From Tricharina praecox (Eukaryota), in assembly GCF_024521635.1 (NCBI RefSeq), contig NW_026250406.1:372001-436000 (forward strand): a DNA stretch of 64,000 bases. Reading direction: 5' to 3'. A program made the translations under genes and the position numbers. The notes under the pieces were generated by a model that was not told the DNA's origin, ran no database searches, and saw only the letters and a program-made list of their open reading frames with translations. Positions 22,927 to 34,911 of the stretch are shown here, in pieces (within the stretch, counting starts at the first letter, position 1; each line of letters opens with the position of its first letter).

Positions 22927-25900
22927 CGAGTTCCTACCGCTATTCTCTGAAGCCCTTGCCCAGAACTTGCCCCCGCACCGACACTACGACCATAAGATTC
23001 CACTCAAGGAGGGATTTACGCCCCCATACGGACCCCTGTACTCACTTTCGAAAACGGAGCTTGTCGCACTGAAGGAATGGCTTGACGACAACCTGCGCAA
23101 AGGTTTCATCCGTGCCTCTTCCTCTCCAGCAGCATCGCCAATCCTGTTTGTCAAGAAATCGGACGGCTCCCTACGCCTGTGTGTGGATTACAGGGGCCTG
23201 AACGAAGGAACAATCAAGAACAGGTACCCTCTCCCACTTCTCCAAGAAACACTGATGCGGCTATCCGGGGCAAAATACTTCACCACCCTGGATATCCGCG
23301 GTGCCTACAACCTTGTGCGGATGGCGGAAGGAGAAGAGTGGAAAACTGCCTTCCGGACACGCTATGGGCTATTCGAATCCCTCGTCATGCCCTTCGGTCT
23401 CACCAACGCCCCTGCCGACTTCCAAGCTCTGATCAACGATGTGCTACGCCCGTTCCTCGACGGCTTCTGTACCGCATTCATCGATGACGTCTTCATTTAC
23501 AGCGGATCCTTAGATGAACACCGGAAACATGTCAGGAAAGTACTTCAGGCCTTATCAGCAGCCGGTCTACATCTCAAACCCGAAAAATGTCATTTCCACC
23601 AGACGGAAGTCAAGTATTTGGGACTGATCATTACAACAAACGGGATCAAGATGGACCCAGCGAAAGTCTCCTGCATACTGGAATGGGAGGAGCCGAGTAC
23701 CGTCACCGATGTGCAATGCTTTCTGGGATTTGCGAACTTCTACCGGCGATTCATCCAAGAGTATTCCAAGGTGGTATCCCCACTGACAGCATTGACCAAG
23801 AAGGAGGATGGAAAGTATGTTCCCTTCGTGTGGGGACCGGAACAGCAGAAAGCATTCGACGAACTAAAAACAGCATTCACCTCGGCCCCGATCCTCCGGC
23901 ACTTCGACTACGATCGGCAGATAGTAGTGGAAACTGACGCCTCCGACTACGTCTCTGCTGGAGTCCTATCTCAGTACGACGACGAGGGAATTCTGCACCC
24001 AGTGGCATTCTATTCCAAGAAACACTCCCCGGCAGAATGCAACTACGAGATCTATGACAAAGAACTCCTTGCAATCATCCGCGCCTTTGAGGAGTGGAGA
24101 CCACATCTGGAGGGCGCTCCTCACCCCATCCAAGTCCTAAGCGACCACAAGAATCTGGAGTATTTCATGACAACGAAACTACTCAACCGACGACAAGCGC
24201 GATGGTCAGAGTTCCTTTCCCGTTTCCATTTCAAGATTGTCTACCGACCAGGCAAAGCGGGATGAAAACCGGATGCACTGACCAGGAGGTCAGGAGACCT
24301 CCCTAAAGAAGGGGATGAAAGACTGCTCGCCAACCAGCAGGCAGTCCTGAAACCGGACAACCTACCGGAAGAACTCCGGTTGGCAGCAACCAACACACCC
24401 GAACAAGACCGTCCCCTCCTCACGTCACTGATAACAGAAGGCTACGACATAGACCCCGTCCCAAATCGAATCCTCGAGCTACTCCGAAATGGTACACGCC
24501 ACTCGAAGGAGATCTCCTTGGCCGAATGCCGCGAAGTCAACGGGCGACTGATCTACCGAGACTGCCTCTATGTTCCAGAGTACGACCGACTCCGACTACG
24601 ACTGATCCAGGACCACCACGACCCACCGACCATGGGGGCACCCAGGGCGCGCAAAAACCCTGGAACTACTTGCTTGGAGGTACTACTGACCACAGATGCG
24701 AAAGGATGTTGACCAGTATGTCCAAAACTGCCACACCTGCCGGCGAACGAAGGCCACCCGGCACGCACCCTATGGTGTCCTGCGCTCCCTCCAAGTACCC
24801 GAGAAGCCATGGCAACACATCTCAGTCGGCTTTGTCACTGGCCTACTCGCCTCAAAGGGGTTTGACGCCATCTGTGTTTTTGTTGACCGACTGACCAAGC
24901 AACACCATCTCCTACCATGTACCACGACCATCACCTCGGAAGGACTGGCCGAGCTGTTCTGCGACCGGATATTCAGGTACCACGGGGTGCCAGAAACCAT
25001 CGTCTCGGATAGGGGCCCCCAGTTTGCCTCGAGATTCTGGAAACACCTATGCTCATGCCTCAAGATCGAGCCACGCCTGTCAACTGCCTTCCACCTCCAG
25101 ACCGACGGCCAAACCGAACGGATGAACGCCGTCATGGAACAGCACCTCCGCGCGTACGTCAGCTACCTCCAGGATGACTGGGTCGACTACCTCTTCTTCG
25201 CCGAATTCGCTGGTAACAACCAGGTCTCCGAGACGACTACCCTGTCCCCATTCTTCGCTAACCTAGGATACCACCCACGGTGTGACTTTGAGCTGGAAAT
25301 CCGTGTCAACACCAAGGAGGAACATCAAGCTCAGAGTGCAGCGGGACGGTTGCATCAAATCCACGACGCCGCCCGCAGCCAAATGCGGTATGCCCAGGCA
25401 CGGCAACAGGACGACTCCGACCGACACCGAACCCCTGCGCCAGCGTTCCAACCAGGCGACATGGTATGGGTGGATGGTCGGAACTGGCGCACCGAGAGAC
25501 CCAGTCGCAAGCTGGAAAACAAACACCATGGTCCCTACTGCGTGATTCGGACAATCGGAACCCACGCCTACGAATTGGACATCCCGGACACCGTTCAGAA
25601 GCACCGAACATTTCCTGTATCCCTGCTTCATGCCTCCGCTGGCGATCCCTTCCCTGGACAAATTCCACCGCCACCACTTCCGGTAATTGTGGACGACCAA
25701 GAAGAATGGGAGGTTGAAGAGGTCCTCGACAGCCAGAACCTCAGGGGCAAACTCCAGTACCTGGTGAAATGGAGAGGCTACGCGGCACCAACATGGGAAC
25801 CAGAGGAGAACCTTACCAAGGTACAAGCTGTGGACGACTTCCATCGACGATACCCCATGCAGCCTGGACCAGTCGAACTTGCTCTCGTGAGAACTCGAGC

Positions 25901-26066
25901 CTTAGGAGGGACTACTGTCACGGCTCGCGATGGAATGACGAAGGGAGGGTCGGCACAAGGATCGGGAGAGTTGGGGGGCAGTGCAGAGGCAGTGCACCGG
26001 CAGTGCAAGGATGAGTCGCAGAGGATTTGGGGCTGTGTGCAGGGAGCAGGGATAGCGCAGCAATGA
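22927..26066 (+). pseudogene. B1 pol 3' part (RT-RNase H-integrase-chromodomain)
   Basis: FIDD, ETDASD and EWEVEEVL...YLVKWRGY motifs. TGA at 24263-24265, frameshifts near 24630-24690, and first integrase Asp changed to Gly (SVGFVT). Confidence 0.92.
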
Positions 26067-26474
26067 GTCGCAGGAGATTGGGGCTGTGTGCAGGAAGCAG
26101 GGGTAGTGCGGCTGCGCAGGGTATGAGTCACGGAAGTGGGCTACTGGCAAGGTGGATTTCTCAGGGTCTGGCACACGCCCACGGTCATTGTCAGGTTGCG
26201 GGTAGAAGTGGAGGATTTTCTATATAAACGGGCCGTTGCCCCTCTGTATTTAGTTCTTCACGCAACAACTTGTTAATTCAATCACTGTTACCTCTGTCCT
26301 TGCCTCGGCTGCCGTCTGCGCCGTAGTCCTTGTCCCTGCCTTTGTTCTCAGTTGCCGTCTGCACTGAGTCCTGCCTCACCTTGTCCCCTGAACCCGTCTT
26401 GCCTCTACCAAACCCAGAACCCGATCCCCAGCCCGACTTCGCTACCTGGAGCCTTGCCCGACCGTGCCGTTACA
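25916..26474 (+). repeat. B1 3' LTR
   Basis: TGTCACGG...GTTACA, preceded by AGGAGGGACTAC. Confidence 0.93.
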
Positions 26475-27430
26475 GCTATGTGACAACTTTTTATCCGGCG
26501 GCCAGGAGAAACTGCGAGAATTCCAGCGCAAGAACCCTGACGTGCTGAGGGACTATCGGCTCACCATGGACTAAGGGTTTTTTCCCTTGAGGTTTTTCTC
26601 AAAGCCGAGCAACAGTAGGTTGGAGGGGCTGGAAAACTCCATCCATTGTGTCTAGACAGGATGAAGGTGAGAACTTAGGCGCTTCCAACTGAAGCCTTGA
26701 AAGGGGGGACGCCGTGTGACACCCCGATAGACCGGCGGGCAGTCACAGCATGAGCAGTACGTTTGGAAGTGATGAGGACATAAAAATAGATAGTCACACC
26801 ATACAGACACGTTGAGCAGCAGTGAGCAAACGGGATTCATAGTCCAGAAAGCGACTGGCGATACGGGCGATACACGGTAAAGTCTGATACGGCCGAGACG
26901 GCAAGAGGCAGTCCATCATGCAGCCCCGTAGAAATGAACGCCGATCATGTAACCTGTTATGACGCGTAATTGCCAATTTATCGTTAAATGGAAGCCTGTG
27001 CAGCCGGGCGGGTTCTCAGTGCCCACACGAAGATATGTATTGCTTACTCTGAGCTGCGCTCAGGAACGAAGTGGTCAGCACTTTTTGCGTAGTTGGAAAC
27101 TGCTACTCCTGCAACAGCTCAAGATGACTATACGGCCTAGACTCCGGGTATGACTCTTCGTAGCGCTTACGCCAGAGCATGACTCAAAGGGCCTTTGCAA
27201 CGGATTTCCCCTATGACAGAGTTTTCCAATTACGTGCATAGGTTACAGGTAGACTATATAGTCACTCGACTATCGTCACGGAAATCCCAACACCAGCACA
27301 ACCAGAACACCAAACACTACCGAACATACCCCTGAAGATTATTCCGCTGTGAATTATCGAAATCCCTGACTTTTATTCTATACTTGATATGTAAAAGACT
27401 CCGACGCCCTGAAACTGTTTCAGTCTCACA
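26475..27430 (+). mobile_element. 3' end of an A' element: chromodomain tail, PPT, LTR 26715-27430
   Basis: DNFLSGGQEKLREFQRKNPD..RDYRLT* matches the A1 Pol C-terminus. AAGGGGGG PPT. TGTGACACCCC...CTCACA LTR. Confidence 0.9.
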
Positions 27431-27741
27431 TTGGCACTGAGAACCGGCCTGACTCCACAGGCTTCCATTTGTCAATACATTGGTAATTGCGCGTGGTAAC
27501 AGGTTCCATGATCCGCGTTCCTTTCTACGGGGTTCCATGATGCACTGCCTCAGGCCGTCTCGACTGTATCGGACTTCGCTGTGCATCACCCATATTGCCG
27601 ATTATTGTCTACACTTGGAATCCCGTTTGCTCACTCCCGTCTAACACGTGTCTATGCTCAAACTATCTATTGCTGTGTTCCGATCACTTCCAAGCGTACC
27701 GCTCTTGCTGTGACTACCCGATGGTCTATTGGGGTCTCACA
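27431..27741 (-). mobile_element. Partial A' LTR (5' part, inverted)
   Basis: Reverse complement begins TGTGAGACCCCAATAG and matches 1425-1735. Confidence 0.85.
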
Positions 27742-28084
27742 GGGGCAGTGCAGCGAAGTATTTCTCAAGGTCTACTACACCCGCATTATCAATATCGGGT
27801 TGCAGGAAGAAGTGGAAGATTTCGTTCATAAACTGGCCGCTGCCCCTCTGTAATTAGTTCTTCACGTAATAACTTTTTGAATTCATTAACTGTTACCTTT
27901 GTCTTTGCCTCACCAGCCTTCTGTGCTGTAGGCATTGTCTCTGTCTCTGTTTCTCAGTTGCCGTCTGCACTGAACCTTGTTCGGCCTTGTTGTTCGGCCC
28001 ACCTAGCTCTTGCCAAACCCAGTTTCCAGTTGACCCGCCTGCCCGTCTTCGCTACCTGGAGCCCAGCCCGACCGTGCTGTTACA
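27742..28084 (+). mobile_element. Old partial family B LTR (3' part)
   Basis: Diverged match to the B LTR, ending CCGTGCTGTTACA. Forms the right edge of the nest. Confidence 0.8.
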
Positions 28085-29929
28085 GGCAGCGGGAATGCAG
28101 CTGGGAGGTAGTGGGGAGGCAACGGGGAGGCAGCCAACTTGAAGGCTGTCCGAGAGGCCTTATCTCTTCCTCTCATATCATCTTCATGATTGTCTCCAGA
28201 ATGCACGCCTCCCCTCTCTCTCTTTTATGATTATCTACACAATAGATGACCAACCTTTACCTCCTCTCTCTCCCGTCATCACTGTCATCAACAGGATAGA
28301 AGATCAATCTCTAGTGACGTCGGCTACGACCATGAGAGTAGCTTCTTTTTGTTGTATGGGTAGATGGACGTTATGATAAGATGGAAGGAGGAGAGGCTGG
28401 TGTGATCTGTGGGATCTGTGGAATCAGTGGATCCAAATGGTGGTGACAGCCAGACTAGCCGTATGGAGTGACACCGAACATTGTAGGCACCGAACATTGT
28501 AGGCACCGGAGGAGAGACATAAGATGGCTCCACAAAGTTGAACCTACATCATCTTTCTCTCGTCATCATATAAAGAATAGACGATGAACCCCTCCCCCTC
28601 CCCCCTCCCCTCTCTCTCTCCTGCTCTATATATATCTCTCTCTCCAGCTATATATCTCTCTCATCGTCATCTACAGAATAGACGTCTCATCTCTCTCTAT
28701 CCCTCTTCATCAACCTCTTCGTCATCTCTCCCTCTAGTATCAACTGCAACGAGAGCACCATATCCACGGCGAGGACAGTCTTGCGAGGGCTCTTTGCCAA
28801 TGCCTCTCCGGCCGACCCCGCCATGCCCCCCTCCATGACCGTCCCCCCCCCCCCGCCATACCCACCAACGTTGATGCCCACTAATAACCACATTCCTTTC
28901 CTCCCACCGACACCTCCTCCTTCACTTCCACATCTCGCCAACAGCTCCTTCTCTACTTCCCCCACTTCCTCAACCCGCTGACATCTCCTTCTCCACTTCT
29001 TCATCTCGCTGGCAGCTTCTCCATCACTGCCTCCTCTCTCTGACAGTTCCTCCATCACTTTGTCTTCCTCTAATTCCCCCTCTCGCGTCTTCCTGTCGTC
29101 GATAGCTGCTTCTCCACGTCCCTTACTTCCTCCTAACCAACCGCTCCCACCCACACAGACAACTGCTCCACCACTTCCACAACAGTGTGGCATTCGCTAC
29201 AAGAATGGGTTGATGTTGTAGGACTACATAGGAAGTCGAGGCGAGAACAGCTAGGCCAGTGTGGTATCCCCGGTGAGATGACAGTAATATCCGCGGGGAG
29301 ACTGAGCTGACTATTCTACGGCCGCACAGTAAGACATTGCGAGGACATCGTCGAGAGAGGATGGTATCCGCGGTGATGAAGATCTGGTATCTGCAGCGGA
29401 GAGACTGTAGGAAGACCGAGGGCTAACCGCCAGCGCAGGACAGCAAGGACAGCGGGGGCAGCGGGGAGGAGAGGGTGCTATCCACGGTCGGAGAGGGTAG
29501 TACGCTGTGGTGCAACTGTAGGAAGGCATAGGAGGGGACTGCGGGGAGGAGAGGAGGCTATCCGCGGTCGGACAAGGCTGTACGCTGCGGCGCAACGGGA
29601 GGACTGCATGGGAGAACAAGCCGTATAGTACCCCATATGAATGTAACGCATTTGATAACACTGCAAATTACCCAAAATATCGCATTTTGCAACAATATCA
29701 GGAAAACAAATCTACTCCCATAAGGCTGTCGCCTCTGTATTTATGCAGTGCTGTGGTAAATGCGGTGGATGCATAGGGCATGGTGGCAGGCCGTTTCACC
29801 CTAACTTAAATGATGTTCCGTGAGCACGACGTTAGGTGGGGTTTGCCACATCTTTTTATTGATTGATATCACGTGGTCTATCTACATAATGGCAATACAT
29901 ATCCGCCCTGTTCATACACCCCGTCTCTT

Positions 29930-31275
29930 CCCTCATCTCTCCCGGGGCCTTGACTGTTCAGTGCCCTTGCCGTCGACTCGCCCTCTCCGTCACCTCTTCC
30001 GGCTGCATCACATCTTCCGTTACTTCACTAATCGGTGCGGTCATCTCTTCTGGCGCGGGCATCGCTTCAATGCCACCATCTCTTCAGTACCGTCCTCTCT
30101 TCCGGCGCCGTCATGTCTTCCGTGCTCCCACAACCCGTCTGTGCCCTCACCTCTTTCGTGCCGTTACCTCTTCCGGCCCGTCGACTCGTCCGTGCCGTCA
30201 TCTCTTCTGCCCCCTCCCACACTTCTGCCGTGCTCCCACCACTCTGCCGTGCTCCCACAACTCTGCCGTGCTCCCACAATTCTTCCGTGCTGTCACCTCT
30301 TGGCCGCCCTTGTCCTTGACTCGCCTTCTTCTGCTCCCTCGCCCTCGAGGTGGCCATTTCCTCAACTATTCCGGTGTCTTGCTTCTCCCAGGGCCCTTGG
30401 CTTGACCACACTCGCAGCTCTTCCGCGCCCTTGAGTCTTGACAGAGCCACTCCCTCGACTCTCCGGGGACTCTTGACTAGGTTACTTCCTCAACTCTTCT
30501 GGCGCTATCATTTGTTCCGGTGGAATCAAATCGTAGGCTCGGTAATCTCCCCCTTGCCGTCATCTCTTCAGTGCCGTCATCTCTTCCAGCTCATCAATTC
30601 GTATGTCCTCCCACAACTCTGCTGTGCTCCCACAACTCTTCCATTCTTTGACTGTTCCGCTCCCTTAACCTCGACTGGCAAGCGACCTAACTCTTCCGTG
30701 CCGTGGTCTCTTCCGGCCCGTGGACTCGTGCGTACTCCCACCACTCTTCCGTGCCGTCATTTCTTCCGACCCGTCGACTCGTCCATGCTCTCACAACTCT
30801 GCCTTGCTCCCACAACTCGTCCATGCGTCACCTCTTCCGGCCTGTAGCACCTGCCAGCATCTGGTACTCCACCAATCCACACATCGAACTCCCTATACCG
30901 ACGCATCGATCATGCCTTCTCCCCAACGGACTTCCAAGCCGTGAGCAATGCAGAAGATTGAGACGGCCGGCCCAAGAGACGGGCACGACCGCCACCTCGC
31001 CCTCACTCCCCACCGCCACCTTGCCCTTGTTCCCCACCTCCATTTCGCTTAGCCCTCGCCCTCGTTCAGCACTTCCACTCGGCCCCGTTCCCCACCATCA
31101 CCTCGCCCTCGTTCCCAGCTTCGCCCTCGTCCTCGTTCAGCACTTCCATTTCGCCCTTGCCCTCGTTCAGCACTTCCACTCGGCCCGTTCCCCACCATCA
31201 CCTCGCCCTCGTTCCCAGCCTCCATTTCGCCCTCGTTCCCCGCCTCCATCTCGCCCTCGTTCCCCACCAGCTACG
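29930..31275. repeat. Degenerate minisatellite-like arrays
   Basis: Recurrent CTCTGCCGTGCTCCCACAA (19-bp, tandem at ~30225-30290), CTCTTCCGGCCCGTCGACTCGTCC and TCGCCCTCGTTC units. Confidence 0.7.
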
Positions 31276-32225
31276 ACGGCCCTCGCGGCGGGCAAGAGAC
31301 AAGGGCAACTGACAACATTCAGCACGAGGACGATGTAGAGACGATTCGTCTACGTTGATCTCCAGAAAGTGGGGAATTTGGTGGCGATGAGAATGAGGGT
31401 GTTGAAGTGGACGAAGACAGGACGAGCTCCGGCGGGGAGGGCTGAAAGGAATGGAAGGGCTGGGAGGGCGAGGAAGGCTGAGAGGGTGGGGAAGGCTGAG
31501 AGGGTGGGGGGCGGGGAAGGCGGAGGGGAGATGGAGGAGGATCCTGTATAATAGCAAATACAATATTTATCTATATGAGCAAGGTCACGTGAACTTGCTA
31601 GAAATTGCGAATATGCCAGCACAGCAGGCATTATACAGAATCTAACGTTATGTGCGGTACATGGCGAGCTGCGATCACTCATGGACTATTTTCAATCCAG
31701 GCACCGTGCCAATCCAGTCAGAGTGTTACGCTGTGTGCAGCACCTGGCTAGCTGTGGCCTGGCATGGCGAGCTGCGGTCCGGCATGCAGAGCTTCGGTCC
31801 GACACGGACATCTGTGGTCACATGGCATCGTGCCTATCCAGCCATTATGTCATGCCATGTGCAGTTCAAGCAGTACAAACGTCTCCCCGCGCCCATCGGA
31901 GTTTTTTTTTCCTGATGAATACCATCTCAAAACCCAGCGCATTCTACGTCTTGTCGCATTCATCATTATGCTGCATTGAGTGAAATCTCCGTTAATGCGA
32001 CACCTTGCACCTCATTCCATTCACTAATTGAGTGACCTCATTTTGGGGTGGTGTTTCTTGCGACTTCTGACCATAAAATGCTGGTTTGCCTCATTACTTG
32101 TACCCTAGGGTCCCTTCGACGATTACATGGCGCTAATCCTACTATTGCGTCCTGCTGAAGCCCAACTATTGCGAACTCTCAACTATTGCGCATTCTCGAG
32201 ACAATCAAAGTATCAACTTTGCACT

Positions 32226-32289
32226 GGGCTACGTGGGCGCGGCGCCCACGTAGCCCGCCCACTATTTGGGCGGGCTACTGAACACACTG
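32226..32289 (-). repeat. Overlapping palindromes, possible DNA-transposon terminus
   Basis: 15-bp and 12-bp perfect inverted repeats. The minus strand starts CAGTGTGTTCAG. Confidence 0.55.
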
Positions 32290-34087
32290 CGTAGGAGCCA
32301 TATCTCCCGTATAGCATTGATCTAGCTCGCACGTTGCTTGAGATGTAGGAGCCGGGCTTTTGCACGGAGGGGTGAGGCGAACTCCTGGTGTAGGGTGGAT
32401 TGAGGATCTTCGACTCGTACCATCGCCACTAAAGGACCACTGCAAAGTGCTACGCAGTAGTGGAAGAGAGCTCGAGCCTTGGGGCCATTATGGGGATGAA
32501 GTAAGACTGGATAGTATGGATGGGCCATGGGCAGGTCCCGCTGTTGGTGCTGTGGCACTGTATCTGCAGTGGTGGCGGTGAAAACAGGACTGATGGATGG
32601 CCGTTGGGACTCCAAAATGCGTAGTCTATGTTAGCATGGTACTTCCTTTCACCGGTAGAATACTGTACTGACAATCTCTACCATGGTGATGGGGTTGCGT
32701 TGCGCAATACGGCGGTGGCACGGGTGTGTCGAGTTGCAGCAAGGTCCGAGTCGAACAAAACATTTTGATACTATCTACCACAGTATTTTTTACCCACCTG
32801 ATGGCAGTCATCAGAACCTCCACTTCATCACTGCACCCACCAACCCTCATTTGGACGAAGGGTCACCGGCATTCGAAGTGCGCACTGCGCACTTCAACAG
32901 CCAAACCCCCGTAGTACAGCGGTACCTATGTACTTTGGACGCAATACTGGCCCGTGCATCGCAGTACCTACAAAGCTAACAGTACTACGGACCGCTCACA
33001 TTAAGTAGGTATATCGCATTACCAGTCCGTACTGCATATTTACCATCAGTCCGTAAACCAGAATTGGTGTCTCTTGGGCGGTGTATAGAGGTTTCTGCCC
33101 CACACGTTCGAATTACCGATACACAAAAGCAGCTGTTCCCACAGCTAGCCGCCATTTAGCCCCGCCACCATCAGGAACAGGAACCAGCACCACATCGTTC
33201 CCTTTTCACTTTTCATTTTCAACCCCGTGTAACTTACCTGCAGGGTCTGTGCAGAAGAACCCTCCCCCGCTGTTGCCTCTGGCCGCTTGCAACTTGTGCA
33301 CTGCCGCACTGCCCCCACGGACCCCGTGGTCATCGGCCCACTGTCGCGATATCCAACAAGAAGGCAGACTGGAGTCCGATATGAACCAACGTATTACCAC
33401 TTTCAAAGCGTTGCTAGTTACTCGAAAAACGAGTATTTCACCCGGCAAAGCGATCATTTGTCTATTCGTTTTCCCGTCACCGCATCGCATATTCTGGTCG
33501 CCATGTACCACTGTTTTCATGACTTGTGCAACATGTCGACTCCAACACGCGCTGGTTCTTCAGCCTCAACCTTAAGTCCGAAACCGTGCGGCTGAAATGT
33601 TATAGAAGGGCTGTTTCACAGCCAATATCAATTAGGAGCGAAGCTACACTCAATGGCTGACGATACCGAAGTAAAGGGGTAGCGAGTCTGGTGAGGAGTC
33701 ATGTTTGAAGAAGCGGATTTGAGCAGCTTTGAATGTGGTTTCGCCGTGAGGAATACTCAATCAAAAGCAATTTGAGGCCAGATCCAGAACAGCAAAGCCT
33801 ACGTTTCGCTAACTGCAGGACGAACATACGGTGCATGCTCGGGAAGCCTGGTGCCGTTTCAGCATACGAGTTGTGCGCTGTTCGTGAGACACGAAAGAGG
33901 TTATAAACCCGTTCCTCCCTTCCGTGACGAGTCTATTTCAGCTCTCTAGTTTTTCTTCAGTCTGAGATTAAAATCCTACGATAGACCACATCCTCCGGGT
34001 ATTTTTTTTTTGTTTTTTGTCAGTGGTACCTTTCCACGGTCACATCCAATCCGCCTCTCCGGCAGCCAAATCGCGACCTACATACAA

Positions 34088-34628
34088 ATGATGTTCCCCA
34101 CGTTCGTGAGCACAATGGTGGCTCTCCTCTACGCTCTCGATACTTGCAAGTAGGTGTTCTGCTTCCGCACCTTCCTCTCCGCTCTCGTCTAACCTGTTCA
34201 TCAGTGCGAAAGACCTCGAAGAACGGGAATTGACTCTGAACGATGCGCAGCAATCCTCGTATGCGGCCGCGCTGGCCAACGTAGCCACCGCCTACGCCGC
34301 CGTCCCCAGCATAACTGCATTCCTGGCCGCCGGCTCCTCCTTCGAATCCGTCTTCATAGCCACACAGACGATCGCACCGGGCGCGGTCATGGGCGAAACC
34401 ACCCTCGACGATAAGGTTCTCATAGCTTTGAGCAAGGAGTACTCGGAGAAGGTACTGCACTTTGTGGCGACCCAGACGTTTGTGGATGGCTCGGCGAAGA
34501 AAAGTTTGGCCGCGGATTTTAAGGCGCTTTTGCCCGTGCCTGGTGCTGCGGTCCGGGACAGGGCGGGAATGGCTGCTGTGGTGGTGGCGGGAGTGGCGGC
34601 TGGCGTGGCGGTTGTTGCGGCGTTTTAA
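34088..34628 (+). CDS. Small secreted, probably GPI-anchored protein (exons 34088-34149, 34205-34628)
   Basis: Signal-like N-terminus MMFPTFVSTMVALLYALDTCNA. A GTAGGT..CTAAC..CAG intron restores the frame. Hydrophobic C-terminus. Confidence 0.7.
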
Positions 34629-34911
34629 GAGGAGTTGATGGTTATAGAGCTTAGAAATTGACACCTGTGCTGTACAATTCCGGTTGAGCTGAGCTCCTTG
34701 CTAATGGAAATCTATCACTCGTGAATATGGCTGGCCTCGTTTGATTTTCAGTAGCATTGCATGAAATGGTTCCTTCCAACACCCGTTATCACTCTGTTGT
34801 TCCGTTCCAAAATTCGTCTTAACCCACATACACAAGGAGAGAACCCAGTCGAGCCAGGCACTTCAGTGAACGATAGGGCCGCTACTACAGCATGATGAAA
34901 CAAACAACATC

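Larger units (their letters stand above)
13112..26474 (+). mobile_element. Family B chromovirus copy B1 (defective, hosts A1, no TSD)
   Basis: Two 559-bp LTRs enclosing gag, protease, RT, RNase H, integrase and chromodomain. Flanks TTGTC/GCTAT do not match. Confidence 0.93.

Noticed and set aside
1425..27430. One giant A' element bounded by LTRs 1425-2141 and 26715-27430
   Set aside because: The flanks differ (CCATC vs TTGGC), the LTRs are visibly diverged and the host sequences differ.
28324..28440. 5S rRNA suggested by TACGACCAT
   Set aside because: Similarity does not extend beyond a few bases.
30220..30290. CRISPR-like array
   Set aside because: Tandem units without unique spacers, no cas genes, eukaryotic context.
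29820..31338. 150-210 aa ORFs in the repeat block
   Set aside because: Open in several frames because of stop-poor repeats. No domain signal.
33066..33125. Extra tRNA or SINE around GTTCGAAT
   Set aside because: Only a B-box-like core. No cloverleaf could be folded.
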